Source: a virus (lineage: Duplodnaviria > Caudoviricetes). Taken from it: a DNA stretch of 59,993 nucleotides. Under the pieces are notes generated by a model. It was given only the letters and a program-made list of their open reading frames with translations, was not told the origin of the DNA and made no database searches. The position numbers and the translations under genes are program-made. Shown piece by piece: positions 1 to 9,309 of this stretch. The stretch spans positions 1 through 59,993 of the IMG/VR virus record IMGVR_UViG_3300044630_000957. One strand, 5' to 3'. The first letter of the stretch is position 1. The number at the start of each line of letters is the position of its first letter.

Positions 1-2124
1 CGTTGACTGCAAATTCGCTGCGCTTGGACGAGCCGCCCTTTGCGAAACGCATGTTGTCAACGTCAGGGGCGTACATCGACGGCCCCCTCGGCTCGTTTGG
101 AATAGGTGTGGTGATAGGCGCAGGGTTATTCTGCGACGCGTAATCGAAGAAACTAAGCTCAGGCCGTGTGCCGTAAGTCAGCCAGTCTTGGTCGCCCATC
201 GGACGCGCTGTGCGGGTCGCGCCGATAGCGCCGAGGCCGCCTGCGGATGGCAGCTTGGCCGAGAAGATCGGGTTCAACCGGCCTGTGCCGCCGCCACCGT
301 ATGTGCCAGTTTGGCCTGAGCCACCGTCGCCACCGCCGACTAAACCGGAGATGAGGCCCGCGATGCGCAGGTACTCTTCGAGGCCGAGCTTCTTCTCGTC
401 TGTCAGCGCGGGGTCGGGCTTTAAGTCCAAAGGACGGAGAGGTTCTAAGGGGGGCATCACCGAAACCGATGTGGGTTCGGGCCGCTCAATCTTAGAACCT
501 TCTACAACGATTGGCTCCTTGTAGTTTTCCATACCGGAAACCCTGTCGATTACGCCGAGATCTAAATTGAGGCCACCGGTATCGGTAGGCTGCTCAATCT
601 TAGAACCTTCAGAGATGATAGGGTTCTTCTCAAATTCAGCTATTCCAGCGAGTACATCGGGCGATAGCCCACTCGTGACTGGGACAGAAACAGGGGTTGC
701 CTGCTCAATCTTAGAACCTTCAGAGATGATAGGGTTCTTCTCAAATTCAGCTATTCCAGCGAGTACATCGGGCGATAGCCCAGTATTCACGGGAGCTGGG
801 ACTGCCTGTTCAAGTGGGCTTGCTTTAACAAGGATATCGTTGGGGTCAGCGGTGTCGGTCAGTCGGTCGAACGCGGATACATCTTCTCCGGGCGCGCCGA
901 ACTGGTTGCCTCCAAGGTTAACACCAAACGCGTTGCCGAGCCTGTTGCCGATGGCTGTGATGCCATCATACGGCTTCTCGGCCAATGCTTGTTGAATTTT
1001 GTTAGGCGAGCCACCGAGAGTGGTGCCTATGCTTGGCGTACCTAAAGTAGACGCAGTCACCTGTAGGCCGCCGTCGGCAGTCATACCACTCGAACCGGAC
1101 GTACCCTTGGTGCCGTTAAGGTTTATCGGTTTGAGACCTAGCTCGTTGGCCACAGTGGGCGCTACGTAACTAAGCGCGCCCGAAGCAACGCCACCAAGGA
1201 GTGCGTTCTTCAGGCTCTGGCCCGTGGCTAAACCGCCTGCGGTCGAGCCGAGACCTGTACCTACTGCCGTGGCAAGTTTTGGAGCTAAAGCGGTGCCGAA
1301 TTTACCTCCAGCTTCCAGTGCAGGGCCGAGTACTTGACCGCCAGCGGCAGACAAGCCGCCCATCGCAACGCCCTTGAGGATATTGTCGCCCCTAAGCGCC
1401 GCACCTGCGCCGCCAAGACCAGCCCCAGCGGCGATGGTGCCAAGGACGTTCAAGCCCGGTATGAACATCGTTGCCAATGGCAGAGCCGTTCCGACCGCAC
1501 CAGCAATCTTGCCCAGCGTGCTCTTGTTCTTCTTCTCATACGCGACGGTCGAGTAGTTACCAGTCGGGTCTGCGGTTTGGATGCTGTAGTTCGCCTTGCG
1601 GCCAAACTGGTTCGTCAGGCCTTGACCTAATTCAGTTGCCTTGCGCGCAGCGTCGAAGCCTGTGCCCTCGAACACGATCTGGTTGGTGCGGTGGTCAACG
1701 AGGCGTACAGGCTGGTCGGCCCGCACCGCGAAGGTGTTGCCACCTGTCTGCGAGGTGGGATTGCCTTTGTTAGATAACGGCGCGCCGATGTACTGCAAAT
1801 TAGGATCGGCTTGATATATGCCGCCCATCGGGCCGCCACCGAAGTTCGAACCGAAATTCATCCCGTACAGGTTGTTTAGGCCGCTCAGGTCAAGTTTGCT
1901 AAAGTCAAACGTGTTAGGGTCGAACGGCGCTTCGGCAGGCACAGCCTCTGTCGTCATCGGCTCGACTGCCGCTTGCTGGTACGGCTGCTCAACAGGCGCG
2001 GGCAGCATGCCGCCACCGCCGTAGGGCATCTCGCTATAGCCGCCCATGTCGTATCCGCCGTACATCATAGGCTGCTCGACAGGCATATACTGCTCGACGG
2101 GTGGGGTGTACTGGTACGGCTCGC
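1..2124. repeat. Imperfect terminal redundancy, copy A
   Basis: 1-562 is near-identical to 57810-58371 and 1512-2124 to 59381-59993; the middle block is divergent. Confidence 0.95.
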
Positions 2125-2260
2125 TGTAGCCGCGCGTGTCACCGTCACCGTAGCCGCCCATGTCGTACATCATACGCTCGCCATCCATCACGCGTCCGCC
2201 AATAGCGTAACGCGGCACGGACGTTTCCAGATATTTGCTGAAGCCGGGGATGTAATTCAT
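1..2260 (-). CDS. Putative ejection (internal virion) protein, allele A; runs off the left edge, about 830 aa if completed with 57577-57809
   Basis: ATG at 2260 overlaps the upstream stop (ATGA). Translates MNYIPGFSKYLETSVPRYAIGGRV... in the same frame as 57577..59955. Absent from the ORF track because its stop is off-window. Confidence 0.8.
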   Translation of the reverse strand, partial: MNYIPGFSKYLETSVPRYAIGGRVMDGERMMYDMGGYGDGDTRGYSEPYQYTPPVEQYMPVEQPMMYGGYDMGGYSEMPYGGGGMLPAPVEQPYQQAAVEPMTTEAVPAEAPFDPNTFDFSKLDLSGLNNLYGMNFGSNFGGGPMGGIYQADPNLQYIGAPLSNKGNPTSQTGGNTFAVRADQPVRLVDHRTNQIVFEGTGFDAARKATELGQGLTNQFGRKANYSIQTADPTGNYSTVAYEKKNKSTLGKIAGAVGTALPLATMFIPGLNVLGTIAAGAGLGGAGAALRGDNILKGVAMGGLSAAGGQVLGPALEAGGKFGTALAPKLATAVGTGLGSTAGGLATGQSLKNALLGGVASGALSYVAPTVANELGLKPINLNGTKGTSGSSGMTADGGLQVTASTLGTPSIGTTLGGSPNKIQQALAEKPYDGITAIGNRLGNAFGVNLGGNQFGAPGEDVSAFDRLTDTADPNDILVKASPLEQAVPAPVNTGLSPDVLAGIAEFEKNPIISEGSKIEQATPVSVPVTSGLSPDVLAGIAEFEKNPIISEGSKIEQPTDTGGLNLDLGVIDRVSGMENYKEPIVVEGSKIERPEPTSVSVMPPLEPLRPLDLKPDPALTDEKKLGLEEYLRIAGLISGLVGGGDGGSGQTGTYGGGGTGRLNPIFSAKLPSAGGLGAIGATRTARPMGDQDWLTYGTRPELSFFDYASQNNPAPITTPIPNEPRGPSMYAPDVDNMRFAKGGSSKRSEFAVN
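590..781. repeat. Intragenic tandem duplication, period 111 bp (37 aa)
   Basis: CTGCTCAATCTTAGAACCTTCAGAGATGATAGGG...GGCGATAGCCC starts at both 590 and 701; a partial third copy lies near 483. Confidence 0.9.
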
Positions 2261-2493
2261 GAGCTTTTACCTTCGAGCATTGGATATACACGCATTCCCC
2301 ACTCACGCCAATCAGAGAACTGATAGGGATCAGGAATAATTTGCTGCGTAAATGGAGAGGCACGCAACAGCCCTATAGCCCAGCCTTGCCACTCGGCCTC
2401 ATCGGGAGGCGTGCCGAATGCCCACGCGTCGTTGACCGACAGTATAACTGAACAGGCCCAGTCTTGCCAAGTCATTCCGCGAGGGTCGATCAT
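2257..2493 (-). CDS. Small Trp-rich protein of the tail module (78 aa)
   Basis: Translationally coupled (ATGA overlaps) on both sides; lies between the nozzle and ejection genes. Confidence 0.75.
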   Translation of the reverse strand: MIDPRGMTWQDWACSVILSVNDAWAFGTPPDEAEWQGWAIGLLRASPFTQQIIPDPYQFSDWREWGMRVYPMLEGKSS

Positions 2494-4265
2494 CCCAATG
2501 TCGTCCCATCGCCTTGCTGGACGTGCGCAAGCACGAGGCCCATTTGATAGTCGCCGCCGAGGGTGTTGCTCTCGAAGCGGAAGCGCAGCTCGCGGCGCTG
2601 CGTCTTGAGGAAGACGACCTGCTCCTGCGGCGTCTGTGGATCTTCCACAAACGTCATGATGATGCCGTTGACTTCAGGCGCACGCGCGTTGGCTCGGCCC
2701 ATAACCTGAACGGTCATGTCGCCGCTCTGCACGAAGTCAGGCTCGATCATCAAAGCCTGAAGCGACTTGTTGATTTGCGCCGTGACAGGCAGCGACAGGT
2801 CGGCAGTCTCGAAGAACGACTGTATCGGGTTGAGCGTCAGGCCGTCGATCTCGTCGGTGCCGACCTCGTGAACCCAGAACTTGTACGGGTTGTCGAATAC
2901 CAAATTGAACGTCGCGGCAGAACCCGCCCCGCCAGTCACGCTGACAGGGTTGGTCGGGATCTCGGTGTACTGGCCCGCGTTGCTGATGCTGATGCCAGTA
3001 ATGCCGCCTGAGCCGTTGATGGTGGTGACCGTCAGCTCCGTGTCGAGCTGGCCTAGACCGCCCGCAACGGTGAGCGTGTTGCCTACGGCGTAGCCAGTTC
3101 CTGCCGCGACTATCGCAGCCGAAACGGCCTCAGCCTCTTGCGGCTCGACGCCTGACAGGAGCGGCTTGCTGAACACGGCAGGGAAGAGGCCCGCACCTCG
3201 TCCGCCATTGGGCAGCTCGGTGTCGTACCATGTGCCCTCGCGCACGTTGTAGATGACGGCGTGGTTCGGCTCGATGCTGTCGCCAAACGGGAAGCACCAC
3301 CATATCTCACCGAAGCGCGGAACCTTATACGCGAACACCTTCTGGCGCTGCGGATAGTTTAGGTTATCGAAGAAGAAGTTGAGATTGAGGTTGTTCTCGA
3401 TCTCGCGCACAACGCCGTTGAACGACAGGAAGCGGTCAGTGCCGATCCAGTAGAAGATGCCGTCATACTCGATGACGCTGTTGGCCGACAGGATCGACGA
3501 CTGCGCGCTGATAGTGTCGAATTGGAATACCGCCGTGCCGCCGACATACGTGCCGCGTATCAGGCTGTCCGCCGACCAGAACAGGCCAGACGGGCTGTTG
3601 CCCGGTCCGCCGCGCAGTGGCATGGCTTTGACGATCTTCTGGCCTGTAATGTACGCATTGCCTGCGCCAGAGCTGGTAAAGTCCGCCGGATCGTTCGGCA
3701 CGGACCACGCCGCGTAGCCGTCGTTGCCGAAGGCGAACGTGTACGGCGGCAGCGTGACGACGCCGCCAGTGACGCTGAAGTTGGCGGGCACCGTGGTGAC
3801 TTCAGTCAAGGCGCTCGTGCCGAGAAGGTCGCCGACGAAGAGCGCGCCGCCGTCGCTGTTGCAGATGCAGTTCAGGTTCGGCGCGACTTGCGCGACGATC
3901 TGGTTGCCGTTGGTCGTGTCATAGGCCGTGGCGAACTGCCACATATTGCCGTTGTCTACGGTGAAGCCCGACGCGGGCGTGCGATCGGTGATGACGCTCG
4001 TGTTGTACGTGCCGTCGATGAAGAAGCGCTCAAGGCGGTCGGCAGATCCTGCGTGGACATATGTCTGCAAGTCCTGCGTGTACTCGTGCAGCGCACGCGG
4101 CAGGCCGCGCAGGAACTTGTTGATCGAGCGGTAGCCGCCGATCTTACGCGGCAGCCCGCGCTGGAAGCGGACCCACTGGCCGTCAACGTACTGGTCGCCC
4201 TCGAACTTGGTGCCGTCGCGCTTGATGCCGGGGGCAGAGCGTATCTGTACGATTTGTTCGGGCAT
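2490..4265 (-). CDS. Tail nozzle / tail tubular protein B-like (P22 gp10, T7 gp12 class)
   Basis: 591 aa from MPEQ; beta-rich with propeller-like segments (FYWIGTDRFLSFNG, EIWWCFP, VIYNVREGTWY); directly precedes the ejection genes. Confidence 0.7.
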   Translation of the reverse strand: MPEQIVQIRSAPGIKRDGTKFEGDQYVDGQWVRFQRGLPRKIGGYRSINKFLRGLPRALHEYTQDLQTYVHAGSADRLERFFIDGTYNTSVITDRTPASGFTVDNGNMWQFATAYDTTNGNQIVAQVAPNLNCICNSDGGALFVGDLLGTSALTEVTTVPANFSVTGGVVTLPPYTFAFGNDGYAAWSVPNDPADFTSSGAGNAYITGQKIVKAMPLRGGPGNSPSGLFWSADSLIRGTYVGGTAVFQFDTISAQSSILSANSVIEYDGIFYWIGTDRFLSFNGVVREIENNLNLNFFFDNLNYPQRQKVFAYKVPRFGEIWWCFPFGDSIEPNHAVIYNVREGTWYDTELPNGGRGAGLFPAVFSKPLLSGVEPQEAEAVSAAIVAAGTGYAVGNTLTVAGGLGQLDTELTVTTINGSGGITGISISNAGQYTEIPTNPVSVTGGAGSAATFNLVFDNPYKFWVHEVGTDEIDGLTLNPIQSFFETADLSLPVTAQINKSLQALMIEPDFVQSGDMTVQVMGRANARAPEVNGIIMTFVEDPQTPQEQVVFLKTQRRELRFRFESNTLGGDYQMGLVLAHVQQGDGTTLG

Positions 4266-4828
4266 TATAGAGCTTCCGCGTTGAGGTCTACGGTCCACGT
4301 ATCAAGCACCGTGGCAGTGCCAGTGCGGCGAACTTGGAAGGCTAGTTGGGCATACACAGAGTTTCCTGACCCAGAAATATCTACGAGCCAAGCGGGGTTA
4401 CCAGTCGTCGCTATCCAAGTGTTAACCGTGCCAGTAACCGAACCGGCTGTCACACTAGCGTAAACTTCGTAGTTTCCACCTTGGCTGGTTGGTGTGCACC
4501 ACTGTTCTACATACATATAAGAGCCGCCGTTAAGCGCCTCATATACTTGGCCTATGGCGGCACCAGCACCGAAAATTGCGTACGCTGCTTCGGAATACCC
4601 AAAACCCGCAGCGAAAACGCCGTAATCGCTGAAAGTAATAAGGACATTGCTCTTGCCGTAGAAGTTGGTCGGCATGACAATAGCGCCAGACGCAACGCCC
4701 GCCAGCGTGCGGACGTCGGTGTCGTTCAGCGAGACCGTGGCGGTAGCAGCTTTACCCAACTCAAGGTTGATAGACTGCCCCGCAGTGCTGCCACCCAAGC
4801 TGATTGGGCCTGAAGAGTTAAGCGTCAT
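4265..4828 (-). CDS. Putative tail-fibre tip adhesin / fibre-associated protein
   Basis: N-terminal MTLNSSGPISLGG...INLELG...VSLND..VR.LAGV.SGAI.M..FYGKS type of cap, directly after an S74-bearing fibre; beta-rich C-terminus. Confidence 0.6.
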   Translation of the reverse strand: MTLNSSGPISLGGSTAGQSINLELGKAATATVSLNDTDVRTLAGVASGAIVMPTNFYGKSNVLITFSDYGVFAAGFGYSEAAYAIFGAGAAIGQVYEALNGGSYMYVEQWCTPTSQGGNYEVYASVTAGSVTGTVNTWIATTGNPAWLVDISGSGNSVYAQLAFQVRRTGTATVLDTWTVDLNAEAL

Positions 4829-7800
4829 TATTTAGCTCCCCGTAGCTCGTCCAGTTCCGCCTTTAACTCTGCGATGGCAGCGAACGCCACGGCGACCAGT
4901 TTCTCGTAATCAACCGCCAGTGTGCCGTCGTCGCGGGTGCGAACGGCCAGCGGGAACATTTCCTCCACGTCCTGCGCGATGACGCCGAAGTCGTTCTTGC
5001 GGACGAAGTAGTCGTCCTCGCCGCCGTGCTCCGCGATGTAGGCGTCGGTCCAATCGAACGTCTTGCCGCCAACAGTAGTCACGATGTCGAGCGCGTTCTC
5101 AATCGGACGCACGTTCTCTTTCAGACGCGCATCGGACGAATAGAACGCCGTGACGTTGTTCGTCGCACGGATCTCACCGGCAGTGCCAGAGCCTGCCGTG
5201 CCGACGCCGAGGCTGTTAACCTGATAGTTGTTGCTTGTGTTCAGCGCGTTTGCGGTGGTCGCCGTCGTAGCGGTTGTCGCCGAGGTGGCTGTCGCCGCGT
5301 TGCCGCTGACGTTGATGGCCCAAGTGCCGCTTGCGCCCGAACCCGTGGCGGAAGGTACACCAAGCGCGGACTGCGCGGTGGCTTGCGTAGTTCCGCCTGT
5401 GCCTCCATTGGCCACAGCGAGCGTGCCGCCAAGCGTCAGCGTGCCCGACGTCGTGATCGCGCCGCCGGTCAGGGTAAGGCCCGTCGTGCCGCCTGATCCA
5501 GAGACTGAGGTGACCGTGCCTGTGTTCGACGTAAAGCCCGAAGGGTTGCTTGCGGCGTAAGCGCCAAGGTTGGTGAGCGCAGATCCAGCGGTTGTTGCGC
5601 CGGTACCGCCGTTGGCCACGGCTACGGTGCCAGTGACGTTGGCTGCCGTCCCAGTCGTGTTCTGGTTAAGCGTTGGGACGTCAGCGGCTACAATCGCACG
5701 GAACGTAGGCGTACCCGCCGTGCCGTTCGGCGCGGACAGGAACGTATTGGCGGATTGTGACGCAAAGTTGGAAGCCGTGACGGCAAGCGTGCCGCCAAGG
5801 GTGAGGGAGCCAGACGTCGTAACCGTACCGCTCAGGCTCAGTCCGCTGACCGTGCCTGTGCCGCCAACTGAGGTGACCGTGCCTGTGTTCGAGGTGAAAC
5901 CAGACGGGTTACTCGCGGGATAAGCGCCAAGGTTGGTGAGCGCAGCGCCCGCAGTCGTTGCGCCTGTACCGCCATTAAGTATGGCGACAGTGCCAGTGAC
6001 GTTCGACGCCGTCCCAGTCGTATTCTGGTTGAGGGTCGGGAATGTGCAGTTTGTCAGCGTGCCAGAGGAGGGTGTGCCAAGCGCGCCGCCCGGAGCGACG
6101 TAGTCAGTGCCTGCGGTAGCGGCAGTGAACGCCGCAGTTCCGTTGCCCTTAACGAGGCCCGTAAGAGTGGTGGTGCCTGTGCCCCCGTTGGCGACAACAA
6201 GCGTACCAGCGAGGGTAAACGTACCCGCCCCTGTGATCGGCCCACCAGCCAAAGTGAGGCCCGTAGTGCCGCCCGACGCGGCCACGGATGTGACCGTGCC
6301 ACCGCCAGCGGTAGAGGTTATGGTAACGCCGCCCGCGCTGTTCGAGATAGATATGCCCGAACCTGCGGTGAGCGTTGCAACGCTGTACCCTGTGCCGTTG
6401 CCGATCAGGAGCTGGCCGTTTGACGGGGCAGTCGCGACGCCGGTACCGCCTTGTCCCACGCTGAGTGCGGTGGTCAAGCCTGTCAGTGACGTGATGTCGG
6501 AGTTCGCGCCGGAGCCAGCCGCGCTGAGGGTAAGTCTCGCGCCGGAGGCACTGGTCGCGCCAGTGCCCCCAGACGCTATCGCGAGCGTGCCCGCGAGTGT
6601 CAGTGTGCCGGAGGTGGTGATGGGCGAACCGGTAAAAGATAGACCGGTTGTGCCGCCCGACGCGGCCACTGACGTAACTGTACCGCCGCCAGCGGTAGAC
6701 GTGATGGTGATACCACCGGCACTGTTTGTGATGCTGATGCCCGACCCAGCCGTCAGGGTCGCCTTCGTGAGCGTGTTGCCTGTGCTGTTACCGATCAGGA
6801 GCTGCCCGTCGGTGTACGTGGTCTGGCCTGTGCCGCCGTTGGCGACAGGGAGCGCAGTGCCCGACAGCGAGATTGCCAGCGTGCCCGATGTCGTGATCGG
6901 CGAGCCGGTTACGGACAGGAACGACGGCACCGTTGCCGCGACGCTGGTCACCGAGCCTGAACCCGTGCCGACGCCCACGCCGTTGATGAAGAGGCCCGTG
7001 GCGTTAATCGTGCCCGCACCCTGCGCTCCGGCAGTAGGCGCGCCGATCTGGATACCTGCCGCGTTGGTCAGCGCAGTGATGTCCGCGTTGCTGCCTGATG
7101 CGGCTGCGCCAAGGCTCGTGCGCGCCGCGCCAGCCGTTGTGGCGTTTGTGCCGCCCTGCGCGACGCTCAGGGGCGTCGTGAGGCCAGACAACGATGTGAT
7201 GTCAGAGTTAGCGCCAGAGGCCGCCGCCGCGATGGCGGAGCGCGCCGCCGCCGTTGTGGTAGCCGTAAAGACCGCCGTGCCGATGCCTGTGCCGCCGAGG
7301 TTGGTCAGGGCCGACGGTGCGTTGGTCGCTCCGGTGCCGCCTTGGACAACAGGAACAATACCCGCAAAGGCTGCTGACGTGGTGGCCGAGATGATGTCCG
7401 TGCCGTCGCAGTACAGGATACCTGTCGCGCCCTGAGTGACCAAAGTGGCCGCGCCGCTGGCCGTCTTGATGCCTAGCGTAAATGCACCAGTCGTGGCGTT
7501 GTTGACCCAGTATTGCTGCACCGTCGCGGGCACAACGATGTTGACGTTGGAAGTCAGCGTGCCTGTGAACTTATACGCGATACGGTTAAGCTCAGAGCCA
7601 GCAAGCGTGTACGTGCCGCCAGTGACGGCGATGGTCGTGTAGTCGAAGGCGAAGACCGCCTGCTGGCCGAGGCCGATGGTGTACCACTGGATGCCGTCGC
7701 TTACGACCACGGCGCTGTCGCCCGGCTGCAAGCGCAGTGTGGCTGCCGCGTTGATAAGCTCAGAGCCAGACGGGTCGATAGTCAAGTCGCCCTGCCCGCC

Positions 7801-8391
7801 GTTGCGGACCTGCACAAACCAGCCGTCGCCAGCCGCCACGGCAGTCGGCAAGTTGAGCGTGCCGAGGCCGCCAGTCCAGACAAAAATCTTGGCGCGATCA
7901 GGGGCCGTGAGAGTGTACGGCGTAATGGAGAAGTCAACGACTTCGTAATTCTGCGCGAGGGTCGACCCAGTCGCGATCAGACCAGCGCCAGCCAGCGCTG
8001 CGGCTTGGGCCTGCGCCACGGCAGCGCCGTAGCGGAACGTGCGCCAGACACCGCCTACGGTGGTGTTGCTGATGAGGTAGCACTGCCACTGCTCACCTGC
8101 GCCGATGCTCAGGATTGCGTTGCCTGCGGCGTTGTCGACGGTGATGGTGTCTGGGCCGAGGTTGTTGAACAGGATTGTCTGGCCGACGCCGACTGACATC
8201 GCGTCAGGCAAAGTTATCGTGTAGGGGCCGGTTGGCGTGACGTCGATGATGCGCGCGACGACGTTGTTGCCGGTGGTGGCCTCAAGCGGCCACTCAAGGA
8301 CGATGTCGCTGGTCAGCGCAAGCGGGAGGTACGATACGTCTGAGGGGTAGATCGTCGTACCGCCGAAGACTTGAGTGAATGACGTGGACAT
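4828..8391 (-). CDS. Tail fibre protein 1 with C-terminal intramolecular chaperone (peptidase S74)
   Basis: Start MSTSF at 8391 after GGAGG; many V/IA.GGTG repeats; C-terminal SSDARLKENVRPI...FGVIAQDVEEMFP...VDYEKL plus coiled coil. Confidence 0.9.
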   Translation of the reverse strand: MSTSFTQVFGGTTIYPSDVSYLPLALTSDIVLEWPLEATTGNNVVARIIDVTPTGPYTITLPDAMSVGVGQTILFNNLGPDTITVDNAAGNAILSIGAGEQWQCYLISNTTVGGVWRTFRYGAAVAQAQAAALAGAGLIATGSTLAQNYEVVDFSITPYTLTAPDRAKIFVWTGGLGTLNLPTAVAAGDGWFVQVRNGGQGDLTIDPSGSELINAAATLRLQPGDSAVVVSDGIQWYTIGLGQQAVFAFDYTTIAVTGGTYTLAGSELNRIAYKFTGTLTSNVNIVVPATVQQYWVNNATTGAFTLGIKTASGAATLVTQGATGILYCDGTDIISATTSAAFAGIVPVVQGGTGATNAPSALTNLGGTGIGTAVFTATTTAAARSAIAAAASGANSDITSLSGLTTPLSVAQGGTNATTAGAARTSLGAAASGSNADITALTNAAGIQIGAPTAGAQGAGTINATGLFINGVGVGTGSGSVTSVAATVPSFLSVTGSPITTSGTLAISLSGTALPVANGGTGQTTYTDGQLLIGNSTGNTLTKATLTAGSGISITNSAGGITITSTAGGGTVTSVAASGGTTGLSFTGSPITTSGTLTLAGTLAIASGGTGATSASGARLTLSAAGSGANSDITSLTGLTTALSVGQGGTGVATAPSNGQLLIGNGTGYSVATLTAGSGISISNSAGGVTITSTAGGGTVTSVAASGGTTGLTLAGGPITGAGTFTLAGTLVVANGGTGTTTLTGLVKGNGTAAFTAATAGTDYVAPGGALGTPSSGTLTNCTFPTLNQNTTGTASNVTGTVAILNGGTGATTAGAALTNLGAYPASNPSGFTSNTGTVTSVGGTGTVSGLSLSGTVTTSGSLTLGGTLAVTASNFASQSANTFLSAPNGTAGTPTFRAIVAADVPTLNQNTTGTAANVTGTVAVANGGTGATTAGSALTNLGAYAASNPSGFTSNTGTVTSVSGSGGTTGLTLTGGAITTSGTLTLGGTLAVANGGTGGTTQATAQSALGVPSATGSGASGTWAINVSGNAATATSATTATTATTANALNTSNNYQVNSLGVGTAGSGTAGEIRATNNVTAFYSSDARLKENVRPIENALDIVTTVGGKTFDWTDAYIAEHGGEDDYFVRKNDFGVIAQDVEEMFPLAVRTRDDGTLAVDYEKLVAVAFAAIAELKAELDELRGAK

Positions 8392-8393
8392 TA

Positions 8394-9047
8394 TTACGCC
8401 TCCTTGCGCACGGCGGATCGGTCTAGGATTTTGGCGAGGTCTTCGCCGTTCAACATTGCCGCCGCGCGATCGTACATGCTCTGCCAAACTGGGATGCGTT
8501 CGTCGTTCTTGAGGAACGGCGTCGCTTCAACCAGCGTGCCGTAGAGCAAGAGCTGCGGGGCGTATTCGGTGATCCAGTTCGTCTGCACGCTCTCGTCGAG
8601 CAATGGCGGCAGCTCATAGTACAGGATCTCAAAGGGGTATTCTGCGTCGGGTGTCGGCGCAAGCAGCCAGTGGCTGTAGTCATAGTCGCTGTAGAAGATG
8701 GGCGTGTCCGTCTCCAACGCGTTCGGCCAATAGGACCGCAGATATTCATAGACGCGGGAGAACAGGATTTTGCGGTCGTTTCCTGTTGTGCCAGTGCCGA
8801 TGTTAATCGACACCGTGTCGCGCCAGCGATCAGGCTTGGGGTAGACAGACTGACCCGCAGAGAGCGTGCCAGTCACGACGTTGATGAAGCCCTCGACCTT
8901 CAGCTCGCGGGCGATGCGGCGCTCGGCGAGGTTGATTAAACGTGGGATTTGCTCAAAGACAATCGGGTCGGACGCAAGCGTATTGCCGCGCTCAAGGTAG
9001 CGCTGCACGTCTTGTTTCAACGTCGTGAATGTCATCGCAGTGGCCAT
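8394..9047 (-). CDS. Head-tail adaptor / tail tubular protein A-like
   Basis: 217 aa; PRLINLAERRIAREL...LAPTPD...LLLYGTLVEA pattern typical of podovirus adaptors. Confidence 0.65.
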   Translation of the reverse strand: MATAMTFTTLKQDVQRYLERGNTLASDPIVFEQIPRLINLAERRIARELKVEGFINVVTGTLSAGQSVYPKPDRWRDTVSINIGTGTTGNDRKILFSRVYEYLRSYWPNALETDTPIFYSDYDYSHWLLAPTPDAEYPFEILYYELPPLLDESVQTNWITEYAPQLLLYGTLVEATPFLKNDERIPVWQSMYDRAAAMLNGEDLAKILDRSAVRKEA

Positions 9048-9074
9048 AACGTGCCCCTATATCAGATTTAGCGC

Positions 9075-9103
9075 ATAATAACAGCCTTCGCCGCGACTGT
9101 CGA
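9075..9103 (-). promoter_or_regulatory. Sigma70-like promoter for the adaptor/fibre/nozzle operon
   Basis: TCGACA-N17-TATTAT on the minus strand in an intergenic gap. Confidence 0.55.
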
Positions 9104-9112
9104 AGATATTGT

Positions 9113-9298
9113 TTACCCAGCGAGGAACTGCGCAAGCAGAGCGAAAAACGCTCCGAGAGCCGCCAGACCGCCAGCCAACTTAGCTTTGCCGCTGAGGGCG
9201 GGCTTCTCTGCGCCTTCCATAGGGATAATCTTGCCTACAGCCTTCTTGAGAATGGCCTTCTCGGCTTCCTTCTGGATAAGTTTCTTCAAATTAAGCAT
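9113..9298 (-). CDS. Small basic membrane protein (61 aa), lysis accessory candidate
   Basis: AGGAGA RBS; MLNLKKLIQK... with a hydrophobic C-terminal helix; follows the endolysin. Confidence 0.7.
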   Translation of the reverse strand: MLNLKKLIQKEAEKAILKKAVGKIIPMEGAEKPALSGKAKLAGGLAALGAFFALLAQFLAG

Positions 9299-9309
9299 TG
9301 TCGTTCTCC

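Noticed and set aside
1-2124. True direct terminal repeat of the virion DNA
   Set aside because: The copies differ by SNPs and a replaced block of about 1 kb, and they cut through a gene. Physical terminal repeats should be identical, so a strain bubble on a circular assembly fits better.
6107-7435. Long plus-strand ORFs opposite late genes (also 3522-4463, 19807-20550, 30028-31437)
   Set aside because: Antisense shadows of GC-rich or Gly/Thr/Ala-rich genes, with no RBS or recognisable motif.
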